DNA from: Eledone cirrhosa
Lineage: Eukaryota
DNA length: 64,000 nt
Reading direction: 5' to 3'
Assembly: GCA_964016885.1 (NCBI GenBank)
Contig: OZ024740.1
Location: 442,680,001 to 442,744,000 of the forward strand
Part shown: positions 1-15,000 of the stretch, one piece after another
Layout of the letters: the number at the start of each line of letters is the position of its first letter
Numbering within the stretch: position 1 is the stretch's first letter
The notes under the pieces: generated by a model
What the model was told of the DNA's origin: nothing
Seen by the model: only the letters and a program-made list of their open reading frames with translations
Database searches by the model: none
Made by a program: the position numbers and the translations under genes

Positions 1-3000
1 ACTGTTACATTACATGTGAAGTACATTACTGTAGAGACAGTTAGTTTATATGTGAAGTACATGAATGTAGAGAGAGTTACCTTACATGTGGAGTACATGA
101 CTGTAGAGAAAGTTAACTTATATGTGAAGTACATGAGTGTAGAGACAGTTAGTTTATATGTGAAGTACATGAGTGTAGAGACAGTTAGTTTATATGTGAA
201 GTACATGACTGTAGAGACAGGTACCTAACATTGGAATTACATGAGTGTAGAGACAGTTAGCTTACGTGTGAAGTACATGACTGTAGAGACAGTTACCTTA
301 CATGTGAAGTACATGACTGTAGAGACAGTTAGCTTACGTGTGAAGTACATGACTGTAGAGACAGTTACCTTACATGTGAAGTACATGAGTGTAGAAACAG
401 TTACCTTACATGTGAAGTACATGACTGTAGAGACAGTTACCGTACATGTGAAGTACACGACTGTAGAGACAGTTACCTTACATGTGAAGTACATGATTGT
501 AGAGACAGTTACCTTACATGTGAAGTACACGACTGTAGAGACAGTTTCCTTACATGTGTAGTACACGACTGTAGAGACTGTTACCTTACATGCGAAGTAC
601 ATGAGTGTAGAGACAGTTACCTTACATGCGAAGTACATGACTGTAGAGAGAGTTACTTTACATTTGAAGTACATGACTGTAGAGACAGGTACCTTACATG
701 TGAAGTACATGACTGTAGAGACAGGTACATTACATGTGAAGTACATGAGTGTAGAGACAGTTACCTTATATGTGAAGTACATGAGTGTAGAGGCAGTTAC
801 CTTACATGTGAAGTACATGAGTGTAGAGAGTGTTACCTTACATGTGAAGTACATGACTGTAGAGACAGTTACCTTACATGTGAAGTGCATGACTGTAGAG
901 ACAGTTACCTTACATGTGAAGTACATGACTGTAGAGAGAGTTACCTTACATGTGAAGTACATGAGTGTAGAGACAGTTACCTTACATGTGAAGTACATGA
1001 CTGTAGAGACAGTTACCTTACATGTGAAGTACATGACTGTAGAGAGAGTTACCTTACATGTGAAGTACATGACTGTAGAGACATTTACCTTACATGTGAA
1101 GTGCATGAGTGTAGAGACAGTTACCTTACATGTAAAGTATATGACTGTAGAGACAGTTACCTTACATGTGAAGTACATGATTGAAGAGACAGTTACATTA
1201 CATGTGAAGTACATGATTGAAGAGACAGTTACCTTACATGTGAAGTACATGATTGAAGAGACAGGTACCTTACATGTGAAGTGCATGAGTGTACAAACAG
1301 TTACCTTACATGTGAAGTACATAACTGTAGAGACAGTTACCTTACATGTGAAGTACATGACTGTAGAGACAGTTACCTTACATGTGAAGTACATGACTGC
1401 AGAGAGAGTTACCTTACATGTGAAGTACATAACTGTAGAGACAGTTACCTTACATGTGAAGTACATGACTGTAGAGACAGTTACCTTACATGTGAGGTAC
1501 ATGACTGTAGAGACAGTTACCTTACATGTGAAGTACATGAGTGTAGAGAGAGTTACCTTACATGTGATATACATGACTGTAGAGACTGTTACATTACATG
1601 TGAAGTACATTACTGTAGAGACAGTTAGTTTATATGTGAAGTACATGAATGTAGAGAGAGTTACCTTACATGTGGAGTACATGACTGTAGAGAAAGTTAA
1701 CTTACATGTGAAGTACATGAGTGTAGAGACAGTTAGTTTATATGTGAAGTACATGAGTGTAGAGACAGTTAGTTTATATGTGAAGTACATGACTGTAGAG
1801 ACAGGTACCTAACATTGGAATTACATGAGTGTAGAGAGAGTTACCTTACATGTGAAGTACATGACTGTAGAGACAGTTACCTTACATGTGAAGTACATGA
1901 CTGTAGAGACAGTTACCTTACATGTGAAGTACATGACGGTAGAGACAGTTACCTTACATGTGAAGTACATGACTGTAGAGACAGTTAGCTTACATGTGAA
2001 GTACATAACTGTAGAGACAGTTACCTTACATGTGAAGTACATGACTGTAGAGACAGTTAGCTTACGTGTGAAGTACATGACTGTAGAGACAGTTAGCTTA
2101 CGTGTGAAGTACATGACTGTAGAGACAGTTACCTTACATGTGAAGTACATGACTGTAGAGACAGTTAGCTTACGTGTGAAGTACATGACTGTAGAGACAG
2201 TTACCTTACATGTGAAGTACATGAGTGTAGAGACAGTTACCTTACATGTGAAGTACATGACTGTAGAGACAGTTACCTTACATGTGAAGTACACGACTGT
2301 AGAGACAGTTACCTTACATGTGAAGTACATGATTGTAGAGACAGTTACCTTACATGTGAAGTACACGACTGTAGAGACAGTTTCCTTACATGTGTAGTAC
2401 ACGACTGTAGAGACAGTTACCTTACATGCGAAGTACATGAGTGTAGAGACAGTTACCTTACATGCGAAGTACATGACTGTAGAGAGAGTTACTTTACATT
2501 TGAAGTACATGACTGTAGAGACAGGTACCTTACATGTGAAGTACATGACTGTAGAGACAGTTACCTTACATGTGAAGTACATAACTGTAGAGACAGTTAC
2601 CTTACATGTGAAGTACATGAGTGTAGAGACAGTTACCTTACATGTGAAGTACATGACTGTAGAGAGAGTTACCTTACATGTGAAGTACATAACTGTAGAG
2701 ACAGTTACCTTACATGTGAAGTACATGACTGTAGAGACAGTTACCTTACATGTGAAGTACATGACTGTAGAGAGAGTTACCTTACATGTGAAGTACATAA
2801 CTGTAGAGACAGTTACCTTACATGTGAAGTACATGACTGTAGAGACAGTTACCTTACATGTGAAGTACATGACTGTAGAGACAGTTACCTTACATGTGAA
2901 GTACATGAGTGTAGAGAGAGTTACCTTACATGTGATATACATGACTGTAGAGACTGTTACATTACATGTGAAGTACATTACTGTAGAGACAGTTAGTTTA

Positions 3001-6000
3001 TATGTAAAGTACATGAATGTAGAGAGAGTTACCTTACATGTGGAGTACATGACTGTAGAGAAAGTTAAGTTACATGTGAAGTACATGACTGTAGAGACAG
3101 TTACCTTACATGTGAAGTACATGACTGTAGAGACAGTTACCTTACATGTGAAGTACATGACGGTAGAGACAGTTACCTTACATGTGAAGTACATGACTGT
3201 AGAGACAGTTAGCTTACATGTGAAGTACATAACTGTAGAGACAGTTACCTTACATGTGAAGTACATGACTGTAGAGACAGTTAGCTTACGTGTGAAGTAC
3301 ATGACTGTAGAGACAGTTAGCTTACGTGTGAAGTACATGACTGTAGAGACAGTTACCTTACATGTGAAGTACATGACTGTAGAGACAGTTAGCTTACGTG
3401 TGAAGTACATGACTGTAGAGACAGTTACCTTACATGTGAAGTACATGAGTGTAGAGACAGTTACCTTACATGTGAAGTACATGACTGTAGAGACAGTTAC
3501 CTTACATGTGAAGTACACGACTGTAGAGACAGTTACCTTACATGTGAAGTACATGTGTGTAGAGACAGTTACCTTACATGTGAAGTACACGACTGTAGAG
3601 ACAGTTTCCTTACATGTGTAGTACACGACTGTAGAGACAGTTACCTTACATGCGAAGTACATGAGTGTAGAGACAGTTACCTTACATGCGAAGTACATGA
3701 CTGTAGAGAGAGTTACTTTACATTTGAAGTACATGACTGTAGAGACAGGTACCTTACATGTGAAGTACATGACTGTAGAGACAGGTACATTACATGTGAA
3801 GTACATGAGTGTAGAGACAGTTACCTTATATGTGAAGTACATGAGTGTAGAGGCAGTTACCTTACATGTGAAGTACATGAGTGTAGAGACAGTTACCTTA
3901 CATGTGAAGTACATGACTGTAGAGAGTGTTACCTTACATGTGAAGTACATGACTGTAGAGACAGTTACCTTACATGTGAAGTGCATGACTGTAGAGACAG
4001 TTACCTTACATGTGAAGTACATGACTGTAGAGAGAGTTACCTTACATGTGAAGTACATGAGTGTAGAGACAGTTACCTTACATGTGAAGTACATGACTGT
4101 AGAGAGTGTTACCTTACATGTGAAGTACATGACTGTAGAGACAGTTACCTTACATGTGAAGTACATGACTGTAGAGACAGTTACCTTACATGTGAAGTAC
4201 ATGACTGTAGAGAGAGTTACCTTACATGTGAAGTACATGACTGTAGAGACATTTACCTTACATGTGAAGTGCATGAGTGTAGAGACAGTTACCTTACATG
4301 TAAAGTATATGACTGTAGAGACAGTTACCTTACATGTGAAGTACATGATTGAAGAGACAGTTACATTACATGTGAAGTACATGATTGAAGAGACAGTTAC
4401 CTTACATGTGAAGTACATGACTGTAGAGATAGTTACCTTACATGTGAAGTGCATGAGTGTAGAGACAGTTAACTTACATGTGAAGTGCATGACTGTAGAC
4501 AGAGTTACTTTACATGTAAAGTACAAGACTGTAGAGACAGTTACCTTACATGTGAAGTACATGAGTGTAGAGACAGTTAACTTACATGTGAAGTGCATGA
4601 GTGTAGACAGAGTTACTTTACATGTGAAGTACAAGACTGTAGAGACAGTTACCTTATATGTGAAGTACATGATTGTAGACACAGTTATCTTACATCTGAA
4701 GTACATGACAGTAGAGAGAGTTAGATTTTATGTGAAGTACATGAATGTAGAGACTGTTACCTTACATATGAAGTACATGACTGTAGAGAGTGTTACCTTA
4801 ATGTGAAGTACATGACTGTAGAGACAGTTACCTTACATGTGAAGTACATGACTGTAGAGACAGTTAGCTTACATGTGAAGTACATGACTGTAGAGACAGT
4901 TACCTTACATGTGAAGTACATGAGTGTATAGACCGTTACCTTATATGTGAAGTACATGACTGTAGAGACAGTTACCTTACATGTGAAGTACATGACTGTA
5001 GAGATAGTTACCTTACATGTGAAGTACATGACTGTAGAGACAGTTAGCTTACATGTGAAGTACATGACTGTAGAGATAGTTACCTTACATGTGAAGTACA
5101 TGACTGTAGAGATAGTTACCTTACATGTCACGTACATGACTGTAGAGATAGTTACCTTACATGTGAAGTACATGAGTGTAGTAGACATTTACCTTGCATG
5201 TGAAGTACATGACGGTAGAGACAGTTACCTTACATGTGAAGTACATGACTGTAGAGACAGTTACCTTACATATGAAGTACATGAGTGTAGTAGACATTTA
5301 CCTTGCATGTGAAGTACATGACGGTAGAGACAGTTAACTTACATGTGAAGTACATGACTGTAGAGACAGTTACCTTACATGTGAAGTACATAACTGTAGA
5401 GACAGTTACCTTACATGTGAAGTACATGAGTGTAGAGACAGTTACCTTACATATGAAGTACATGACTGTATAGACAGTTACCTTACATGTGAAGTACATG
5501 ACTGTAGAGACAGTTACCTTACATGTGAAGTACATGACTGTAGAGACAGTTACCTTACATGTGAAGTACATGACTGTAGAGACAGTTACCTTACATGTGA
5601 AGTACATAACTGTAGAGTCAGTTACCTTACATGTGAAGTACATGAGTGTAGAGACAGTTACCTTACATGTGAAGTACATGACTGTAGAGAGAGTTACCTT
5701 ACATGTGAAGTACATAACTGTAGAGACAGTTACCTTACATGTGAAGTACATGACTGTAGAGACAGTTACCTTACATGTGAAGTACATGACTGCAGAGAGA
5801 GTTACCTTACATGTGAAGTACATAACTGTAGAGACAGTTACCTTACATGTGAAGTACATGACTGTAGAGACAGTTACCTTACATGTGAAGTACATGACTG
5901 TAGAGACAGTTACCTTACATGTGAAGTACATGAGTGTAGAGAGAGTTACCTTACATGTGATATACATGACTGTAGAGACTGTTACATTACATGTGAAGTA

Positions 6001-9000
6001 CATTACTGTAGAGACAGTTAGTTTATATGTGAAGTACATGAATGTAGAGAGAGTTACCTTACATGTGGAGTACATGACTGTAGAGAAAGTTAACTTACAT
6101 GTGAAGTACATGAGTGTAGAGACAGTTAGTTTATATGTGAAGTACATGAGTGTAGAGACAGTTAGTTTATATGTGAAGTACATGACTGTAGAGACAGGTA
6201 CCTAACATTGGAATTACATGAGTGTAGAGAGAGTTACCTTACATGTGAAGTACATGACTGTAGAGACAGTTACCTTACATGTGAAGTACATGACTGTAGA
6301 GACAGTTACCTTACATGTGAAGTACATGACGGTAGAGACAGTTACCTTACATGTGAAGTACATGACTGTAGAGACAGTTAGCTTACATGTGAAGTACATA
6401 ACTGTAGAGACAGTTACCTTACATGTGAAGTACATGACTGTAGAGACAGTTAGCTTACGTGTGAAGTACATGACTGTAGAGACAGTTAGCTTACGTGTGA
6501 AGTACATGACTGTAGAGACAGTTACCTTACATGTGAAGTACATGATTGTAGAGACAGTTAGCTTACGTGCGAAGTACATGACTGTAGAGACAGTTACCTT
6601 ACATGTGAAGTACATGAGTGTAGAGACAGTTACCTTACATGTGAAGTACATGACTGTAGAGACAGTTACCTTACATGTGAAGTACACGACTGTAGAGACA
6701 GTTACCTTACATGTGAAGTACATGATTGTAGAGACAGTTACCTTACATGTGAAGTACACGACTGTAGAGACAGTTTCCTTACATGTGTAGTACACGACTG
6801 TAGAGACAGTTACCTTACATGCGAAGTACATGAGTGTAGAGACAGTTACCTTACATGCGAAGTACATGACTGTAGAGAGAGTTACTTTACATTTGAAGTA
6901 CATGACTGTAGAGACAGGTACCTTACATGTGAAGTACATGACTGTAGAGACAGGTACATTACATGTGAAGTACATGACTGTAGAGACAGTTACCTTACAT
7001 GTGAAGTACATGACTGTAGAGAGAGTTACCTTACATGTGAAGTACATGAGTGTAGAGACAGTTACCTTACATGTGAAGTACATGACTGTAGAGAGTGTTA
7101 CCTTACATGTGAAGTACATGACTGTAGAGACAGTTACCTTACATGTGAAGTACATGACTGTAGAGACAGTTACCTTACATGTGAAGTACATGACTGTAGA
7201 GAGAGTTACCTTACATGTGAAGTACATGACTGTAGAGACATTTACCTTACATGTGAAGTGCATGAGTGTAGAGACAGTTACCTTACATGTAAAGTATATG
7301 ACTGTAGAGACAGTTACCTTACATGTGAAGTACATGATTGAAGAGACAGTTACATTACATGTGAAGTACATGATTGAAGAGACAGTTACCTTACATGTGA
7401 AGTACATGACTGTAGAGATAGTTACCTTACATGTGAAGTGCATGAGTGTAGAGACAGTTAACTTACATGTGAAGTGCATGACTGTAGACAGAGTTACTTT
7501 ACATGTAAAGTACAAGACTGTAGAGACAGTTACCTTACATGTGAAGTACATGAGTGTAGAGACAGTTAACTTACATGTGAAGTGCATGACTGTAGACAGA
7601 GTTACTTTACATGTGAAGTACAAGACTGTAGAGACAGTTACCTTATATGTGAAGTACATGATTGTAGACACAGTTATCTTACATCTGAAGTACATGACAG
7701 TAGAGAGAGTTAGATTTTATGTGAAGTACATGAATGTAGAGACTGTTACCTTACATATGAAGTACATGACTGTAGAGAGTGTTACCTTAATGCGAAGTAC
7801 ATGACTGTAGAGACAGTTACCTTACATGTGAAGTACATGACTGTAGAGACAGTTAGCTTACATGTGAAGTACATGACTGTAGAGACAGTTACCTTACATG
7901 TGAAGTACATGAGTGTATAGACCGTTACCTTATATGTGAAGTACATGACTGTAGAGACAGTTACCTTACATGTGAAGTACATGACTGTAGAGATAGTTAC
8001 CTTACATGTGAAGTACATGACTGTAGAGACAGTTAGCTTACATGTGAAGTACATGACTGTAGAGATAGTTACCTTACATGTGAAGTACATGACTGTAGAG
8101 ATAGTTACCTTACATGTCACGTACATGACTGTAGAGATAGTTACCTTACATGTGAAGTACATGAGTGTAGTAGACATTTACCTTGCATGTGAAGTACATG
8201 AGGGTAGAGACAGTTACCTTACATGTGAAGTACATGACTGTAGAGACAGTTACCTTACATATGAAGTACATGAGTGTAGTAGACATTTACCTTGCATGTG
8301 AAGTACATGACGGTAGAGACAGTTAACTTACATGTGAAGTACATGACTGTAGAGACAGTTACCTTACATGTGAAGTACATAACTGTAGAGACAGTTACCT
8401 TACATGTGAAGTACATGACTGTAGAGACAGTTACCTTACATGTGAAGTACATAACTGTAGAGACAGTTACCTTACATGTGAAGTACATGAGTGTAGAGAC
8501 AGTTACCTTACATGTGAAGTACATGACTGTAGAGACAGTTACCTTACATGTGAAGTACATGACTGTAGAGACAGTTACCTTACATGTGATGTACATGACT
8601 GTAGAGACAGTTACCTTACATGTGAAGTACATGACTGTAGAGACAGTTACCTTACATGTGAAGTACATAACTGTAGAGACAGTTACCTTACATGTGAAGT
8701 ACATGAGTGTAGAGACAGTTACCTTACATGTGAAGTACATGACTGTAGAGAGAGTTACCTTACATGTGAAGTACATAACTGTAGAGACAGTTACCTTACA
8801 TGTGAAGTACATGACTGTAGAGACAGTTACCTTACATGTGAAGTACATGACTGCAGAGAGAGTTACCTTACATGTGAAGTACATAACTGTAGAGACAGTT
8901 ACCTTACATGTGAAGTACATGACTGTAGAGACAGTTACCTTACATGTGAAGTACATGACTGCAGAGAGAGTTACCTTACATGTGAAGTACATGACTGTAG

Positions 9001-12000
9001 AGACAGTTACCTTACATGTGAAGTACATGACTGTAGAGACAGTTACCTTACATGTGAAGTACATGAGTGTAGAGAGAGTTACCTTACATGTGATATACAT
9101 GACTGTAGAGACTGTTACATTACATGTGAAGTACATTACTGTAGAGACAGTTAGTTTATATGTGAAGTACATGAATGTAGAGAGAGTTACCTTACATGTG
9201 GAGTACATGACTGTAGAGAAAGTTAACTTATATGTGAAGTACATGAGTGTAGAGACAGTTAGTTTATATGTGAAGTACATGAGTGTAGAGACAGTTAGTT
9301 TATATGTGAAGTACATGACTGTAGAGACAGGTACCTAACATTGGAATTACATGAGTGTAGAGACAGTTAGCTTACGTGTGAAGTACATGACTGTAGAGAC
9401 AGTTACCTTACATGTGAAGTACATGACTGTAGAGACAGTTAGCTTACGTGTGAAGTACATGACTGTAGAGACAGTTACCTTACATGTGAAGTACATGAGT
9501 GTAGAGACAGTTAGTTTATATGTGAAGTACATGAGTGTAGAGACAGTTAGTTTATATGTGAAGTACATGACTGTAGAGACAGGTACCTAACATTGGAATT
9601 ACATGAGTGTAGAGAGAGTTACCTTACATGTGAAGTACATGACTGTAGAGATAGTTACCTTACATGTGAAGTACATGACTGTAGAGACAGTTAGCTTACG
9701 TGTGAAGTACATGACTGTAGAGACAGTTACCTTACATGTGAAGTACATGAGTGTAGAGACAGTTACCTTACATGTGAAGTACATGAGTGTAGAGACAGTT
9801 ACTTTACATGTGAAGTACACGACTGTAGCGACAGTTACCTTACATGCGAAGTACATAACTATAGAGAAAGTTTCCTTACATGTGAAGTACACGACTGTAG
9901 AGGCAGTTTCCTTACATGTGAAGTACAAGACTGTAGAGACAGTTTCCTTACATGTGAAGTACATGACTGTAGAGAGAGTTACCTTACATGCGAAGTACAT
10001 GACTGTAGAGACAGTTACCTTACATGCGAAGTACATAACTATAGAGAAAGTTTCCTTACATGTGAAGTACATGACTGTAGAGACAGGTACCTTACATGTG
10101 AAGTACATGACTGTAGAGACAGTTACCTTACATGTGAAATACATGACTGTAGAGACAGTTAACTTACATGTGAAGTACATTAGTGTAGAGAGAGTTACCT
10201 TACATGTGAAATACATGACTGTAGAGACAGTTAACTTACATGTGAAGTACATGAGTGTAGAGAGAGTTACCTTACATGTGAAGTACATGAGTGTAGAGAC
10301 AGTTACCTTACATGTGAAGTACATGACTGTAGAGACATTTACCTTACATGTGAAGTACATGACTGTAGAGATAGATACCTTACATGTGAAGTACATGAGT
10401 GTAGAGACAGTTACCTTACATGTGAAGTACATGAGTGTAGAGACAGTTACCTTACATGTGAAGTACATGAGTGTAGAGACAGTTACCTTACATGTGAAGT
10501 ACATGACTGTAGAGAGAGTTACCTTACATGTGAAGTACATGACTGTAGAGACAGTTACCTTACATGTGAAGTACATGACTGTAGAGACAGTTACCTTATA
10601 TGTGAAGTACATGAGTGTAGAGACAGTTACCTTACATGTGAAGTACATGAGTGTAGAGACAGTTACCTTATATGTGAAGTACATGACTGTAGAGACAGTT
10701 ACCTTACATGTGAAGTACATGACTGTAGAGACAGTTACCTTACATGTGAAGTACATGACTGTAGAGACAGTTACCTTACATGTGAAGTACATGACTGTAG
10801 AGACAGTTACCTTACATGTGAAGTACATGACTGTAGAGATAGTTACCTTACATGTGAAGTGCATGACTGTAGAGACAGTTAACTTACATGTGAAGTGCAT
10901 GACTGTAGACAGAGTTACTTTACATGTAAAGTACAAGACTGTAGAGACAGTTACCTTACATGTGAAGTACATGAGTGTAGAGACAGTTAACTTACATGTG
11001 AAGTGCATGACTGTAGACAGAGTTACTTTACATGTGAAGTACAAGACTGTAGAGACAGTTACCTTATATGTGAAGTACATGATTGTAGACACAGTTATCT
11101 TACATCTGAAGTACATGACAGTAGAGAGAGTTAGATTTTATGTGAAGTACATGAATGTAGAGACTGTTACCTTACATATGAAGTACATGACTGTAGAGAG
11201 TGTTACCTTAATGTGAAGTACATGACTGTAGAGACAGTTAGCTTACATGTGAAGTACATGACTGTAGAGACAGTTACCTTACATGTGAAGTACATGAGTG
11301 TATAGACCGTTACCTTATATGTGAAGTACATGACTGTAGAGACAGTTACCTTACATGTGAAGTACATGACTGTAGAGATAGTTACCTTACATGTGAAGTA
11401 CATGACTGTAGAGACAGTTAGCTTACATGTGAAGTACATGACTGTAGAGATAGTTACCTTACATGTGAAGTACATGACTGTAGAGATAGTTACCTTACAT
11501 GTGAAGTACATGACTGTAGAGATAGTTACCTTACATGTGAAGTACATGAGTGTAGTAGACATTTACCTTGCATGTGAAGTACATGACGGTAGAGACAGTT
11601 ACCTTACATGTGAAGTACATGACTGTAGAGACAGTTACCTTACATATGAAGTACATGAGTGTAGTAGACATTTACCTTGCATGTGAAGTACATGATGGTA
11701 GAGACAGTTACCTTACATGTGAAGTACATGACTGTAGAGACAGTTACCTTACATGTGAAGTACATAACTGTAGAGACAGTTACCTTACATGTGAAGTACA
11801 TGAGTGTAGAGACAGTTACCTTACATATGAAGTACATGACTGTAGAGAGAGTTACCTTACATGTGAAGTACATGACTGTAGAGACAGTTACCTTACATGT
11901 GAAGTACATGACTGTAGAGACAGTTACCTTACATGTGAAGTACATGACTGTAGAGACAGTTACCTTACATGTGAAGTACATGACTGTAGAGACAGTTACC

Positions 12001-15000
12001 TTACATGTGAAGTACATAACTGTAGAGACAGTTACCTTACATGTGAAGTACATGAGTGTAGAGACAGTTACCTTACATGTGAAGTACATGACTGTAGAGA
12101 GAGTTACCTTACATGTGAAGTACATAACTGTAGAGACAGTTACCTTACATGTGAAGTACATGACTGTAGAGACAGTTACATTACATGTGAAGTACATGAC
12201 TGTAGAGAGAGTTACCTTACATGTGAAGTACATAACTGTAGAGACAGTTACCTTACATGTGAAGTACATGACTGTAGAGACAGTTACCTTACATGTGAAG
12301 TACATGACTGTAGAGACAGTTACCTTACATGTGAAGTACATGAGTGTAGAGAGAGTTACCTTACATGTGATATACATGACTGTAGAGACTGTTACATTAC
12401 ATGTGAAGTACATTACTGTAGAGACAGTTAGTTTATATGTAAAGTACATGAATGTAGAGAGAGTTACCTTACATGTGGAGTACATGACTGTAGAGAAAGT
12501 TAAGTTACATGTGAAGTACATGACTGTAGAGACAGTTACCTTACATGTGAAGTACATGACTGTAGAGACAGTTAGCTTACATGTGAAGTACATAACTGTA
12601 GAGACAGTTACCTTACATGTGAAGTACATGACTGTAGAGACAGTTAGCTTACGTGTGAAGTACATGACTGTAGAGACAGTTAGCTTACGTGTGAAGTACA
12701 TGACTGTAGAGACAGTTACCTTACATGTGAAGTACATGACTGTAGAGACAGTTAGCTTACGTGTGAAGTACATGACTGTAGAGACAGTTACCTTACATGT
12801 GAAGTACATGAGTGTAGAGACAGTTACCTTACATGTGAAGTACATGACTGTAGAGACAGTTACCTTACATGTGAAGTACACGACTGTAGAGACAGTTACC
12901 TTACATGTGAAGTACATGTGTGTAGAGACAGTTACCTTACATGTGAAGTACACGACTGTAGAGACAGTTTCCTTACATGTGTAGTACACGACTGTAGAGA
13001 CAGTTACCTTACATGCGAAGTACATGAGTGTAGAGACAGTTACCTTACATGCGAAGTACATGACTGTAGAGAGAGTTACTTTACATTTGAAGTACATGAC
13101 TGTAGAGACAGGTACCTTACATGTGAAGTACATGACTGTAGAGACAGGTACATTACATGTGAAGTACATGAGTGTAGAGACAGTTACCTTATATGTGAAG
13201 TACATGAGTGTAGAGGCAGTTACCTTACATGTGAAGTACATGAGTGTAGAGACAGTTACCTTACATGTGAAGTACATGACTGTAGAGAGTGTTACCTTAC
13301 ATGTGAAGTACATGACTGTAGAGACAGTTACCTTACATGTGAAGTGCATGACTGTAGAGACAGTTACCTTACATGTGAAGTACATGACTGTAGAGAGAGT
13401 TACCTTACATGTGAAGTACATGAGTGTAGAGACAGTTACCTTACATGTGAAGTACATGACTGTAGAGAGTGTTACCTTACATGTGAAGTACATGACTGTA
13501 GAGACAGTTACATTACATGTGAAGTACATGACTGTAGAGACAGTTACCTTACATGTGAAGTACATGACTGTAGAGAGAGTTACCTTACATGTGAAGTACA
13601 TGACTGTAGAGACATTTACCTTACATGTGAAGTGCATGAGTGTAGAGACAGTTACCTTACATGTAAAGTATATGACTGTAGAGACAGTTACCTTACATGT
13701 GAAGTACATGATTGAAGAGACAGTTACATTACATGTGAAGTACATGATTGAAGAGACAGTTACCTTACATGTGAAGTACATGACTGTAGAGATAGTTACC
13801 TTACATGTGAAGTGCATGAGTGTAGAGACAGTTAACTTACATGTGAAGTGCATGACTGTAGACAGAGTTACTTTACATGTAAAGTACAAGACTGTAGAGA
13901 CAGTTACCTTACATGTGAAGTACATGAGTGTAGAGACAGTTAACTTACATGTGAAGTACATGAGTGTAGACAGAGTTACTTTACATGTGAAGTACAAGAC
14001 TGTAGAGACAGTTACCTTATATGTGAAGTACATGATTGTAGACACAGTTATCTTACATCTGAAGTACATGACAGTAGAGAGAGTTAGATTTTATGTGAAG
14101 TACATGAATGTAGAGACTGTTACCTTACATATGAAGTACATGACTGTAGAGAGTGTTACCTTAATGTGAAGTACATGACTGTAGAGACAGTTACCTTACA
14201 TGTGAAGTACATGACTGTAGAGACAGTTAGCTTACATGTGAAGTACATGACTGTAGAGACAGTTACCTTACATGTGAAGTACATGAGTGTATAGACCGTT
14301 ACCTTATATGTGAAGTACATGACTGTAGAGACAGTTACCTTACATGTGAAGTACATGACTGTAGAGATAGTTACCTTACATGTGAAGTACATGACTGTAG
14401 AGACAGTTAGCTTACATGTGAAGTACATGACTGTAGAGATAGTTACCTTACATGTGAAGTACATGACTGTAGAGATAGTTACCTTACATGTCACGTACAT
14501 GAATGTAGAGATAGTTACCTTACATGTGAAGTACATGAGTGTAGTAGACATTTACCTTGCATGTGAAGTACATGACGGTAGAGACAGTTACCTTACATGT
14601 GAAGTACATGACTGTAGAGACAGTTACCTTACATATGAAGTACATGAGTGTAGTAGACATTTACCTTGCATGTGAAGTACATGACGGTAGAGACAGTTAA
14701 CTTACATGTGAAGTACATGACTGTAGAGACAGTTACCTTACATGTGAAGTACATAACTGTAGAGACAGTTACCTTACATGTGAAGTACATGAGTGTAGAG
14801 ACAGTTACCTTACATATGAAGTACATGACTGTAGAGACAGTTACCTTACATGTGAAGTACATGACTGTAGAGACAGTTACCTTACATGTGAAGTACATGA
14901 CTGTAGAGACAGTTACCTTACATGTGAAGTACATGACTGTAGAGACAGTTACCTTACATGTGAAGTACATAACTGTAGAGACAGTTACCTTACATGTGAA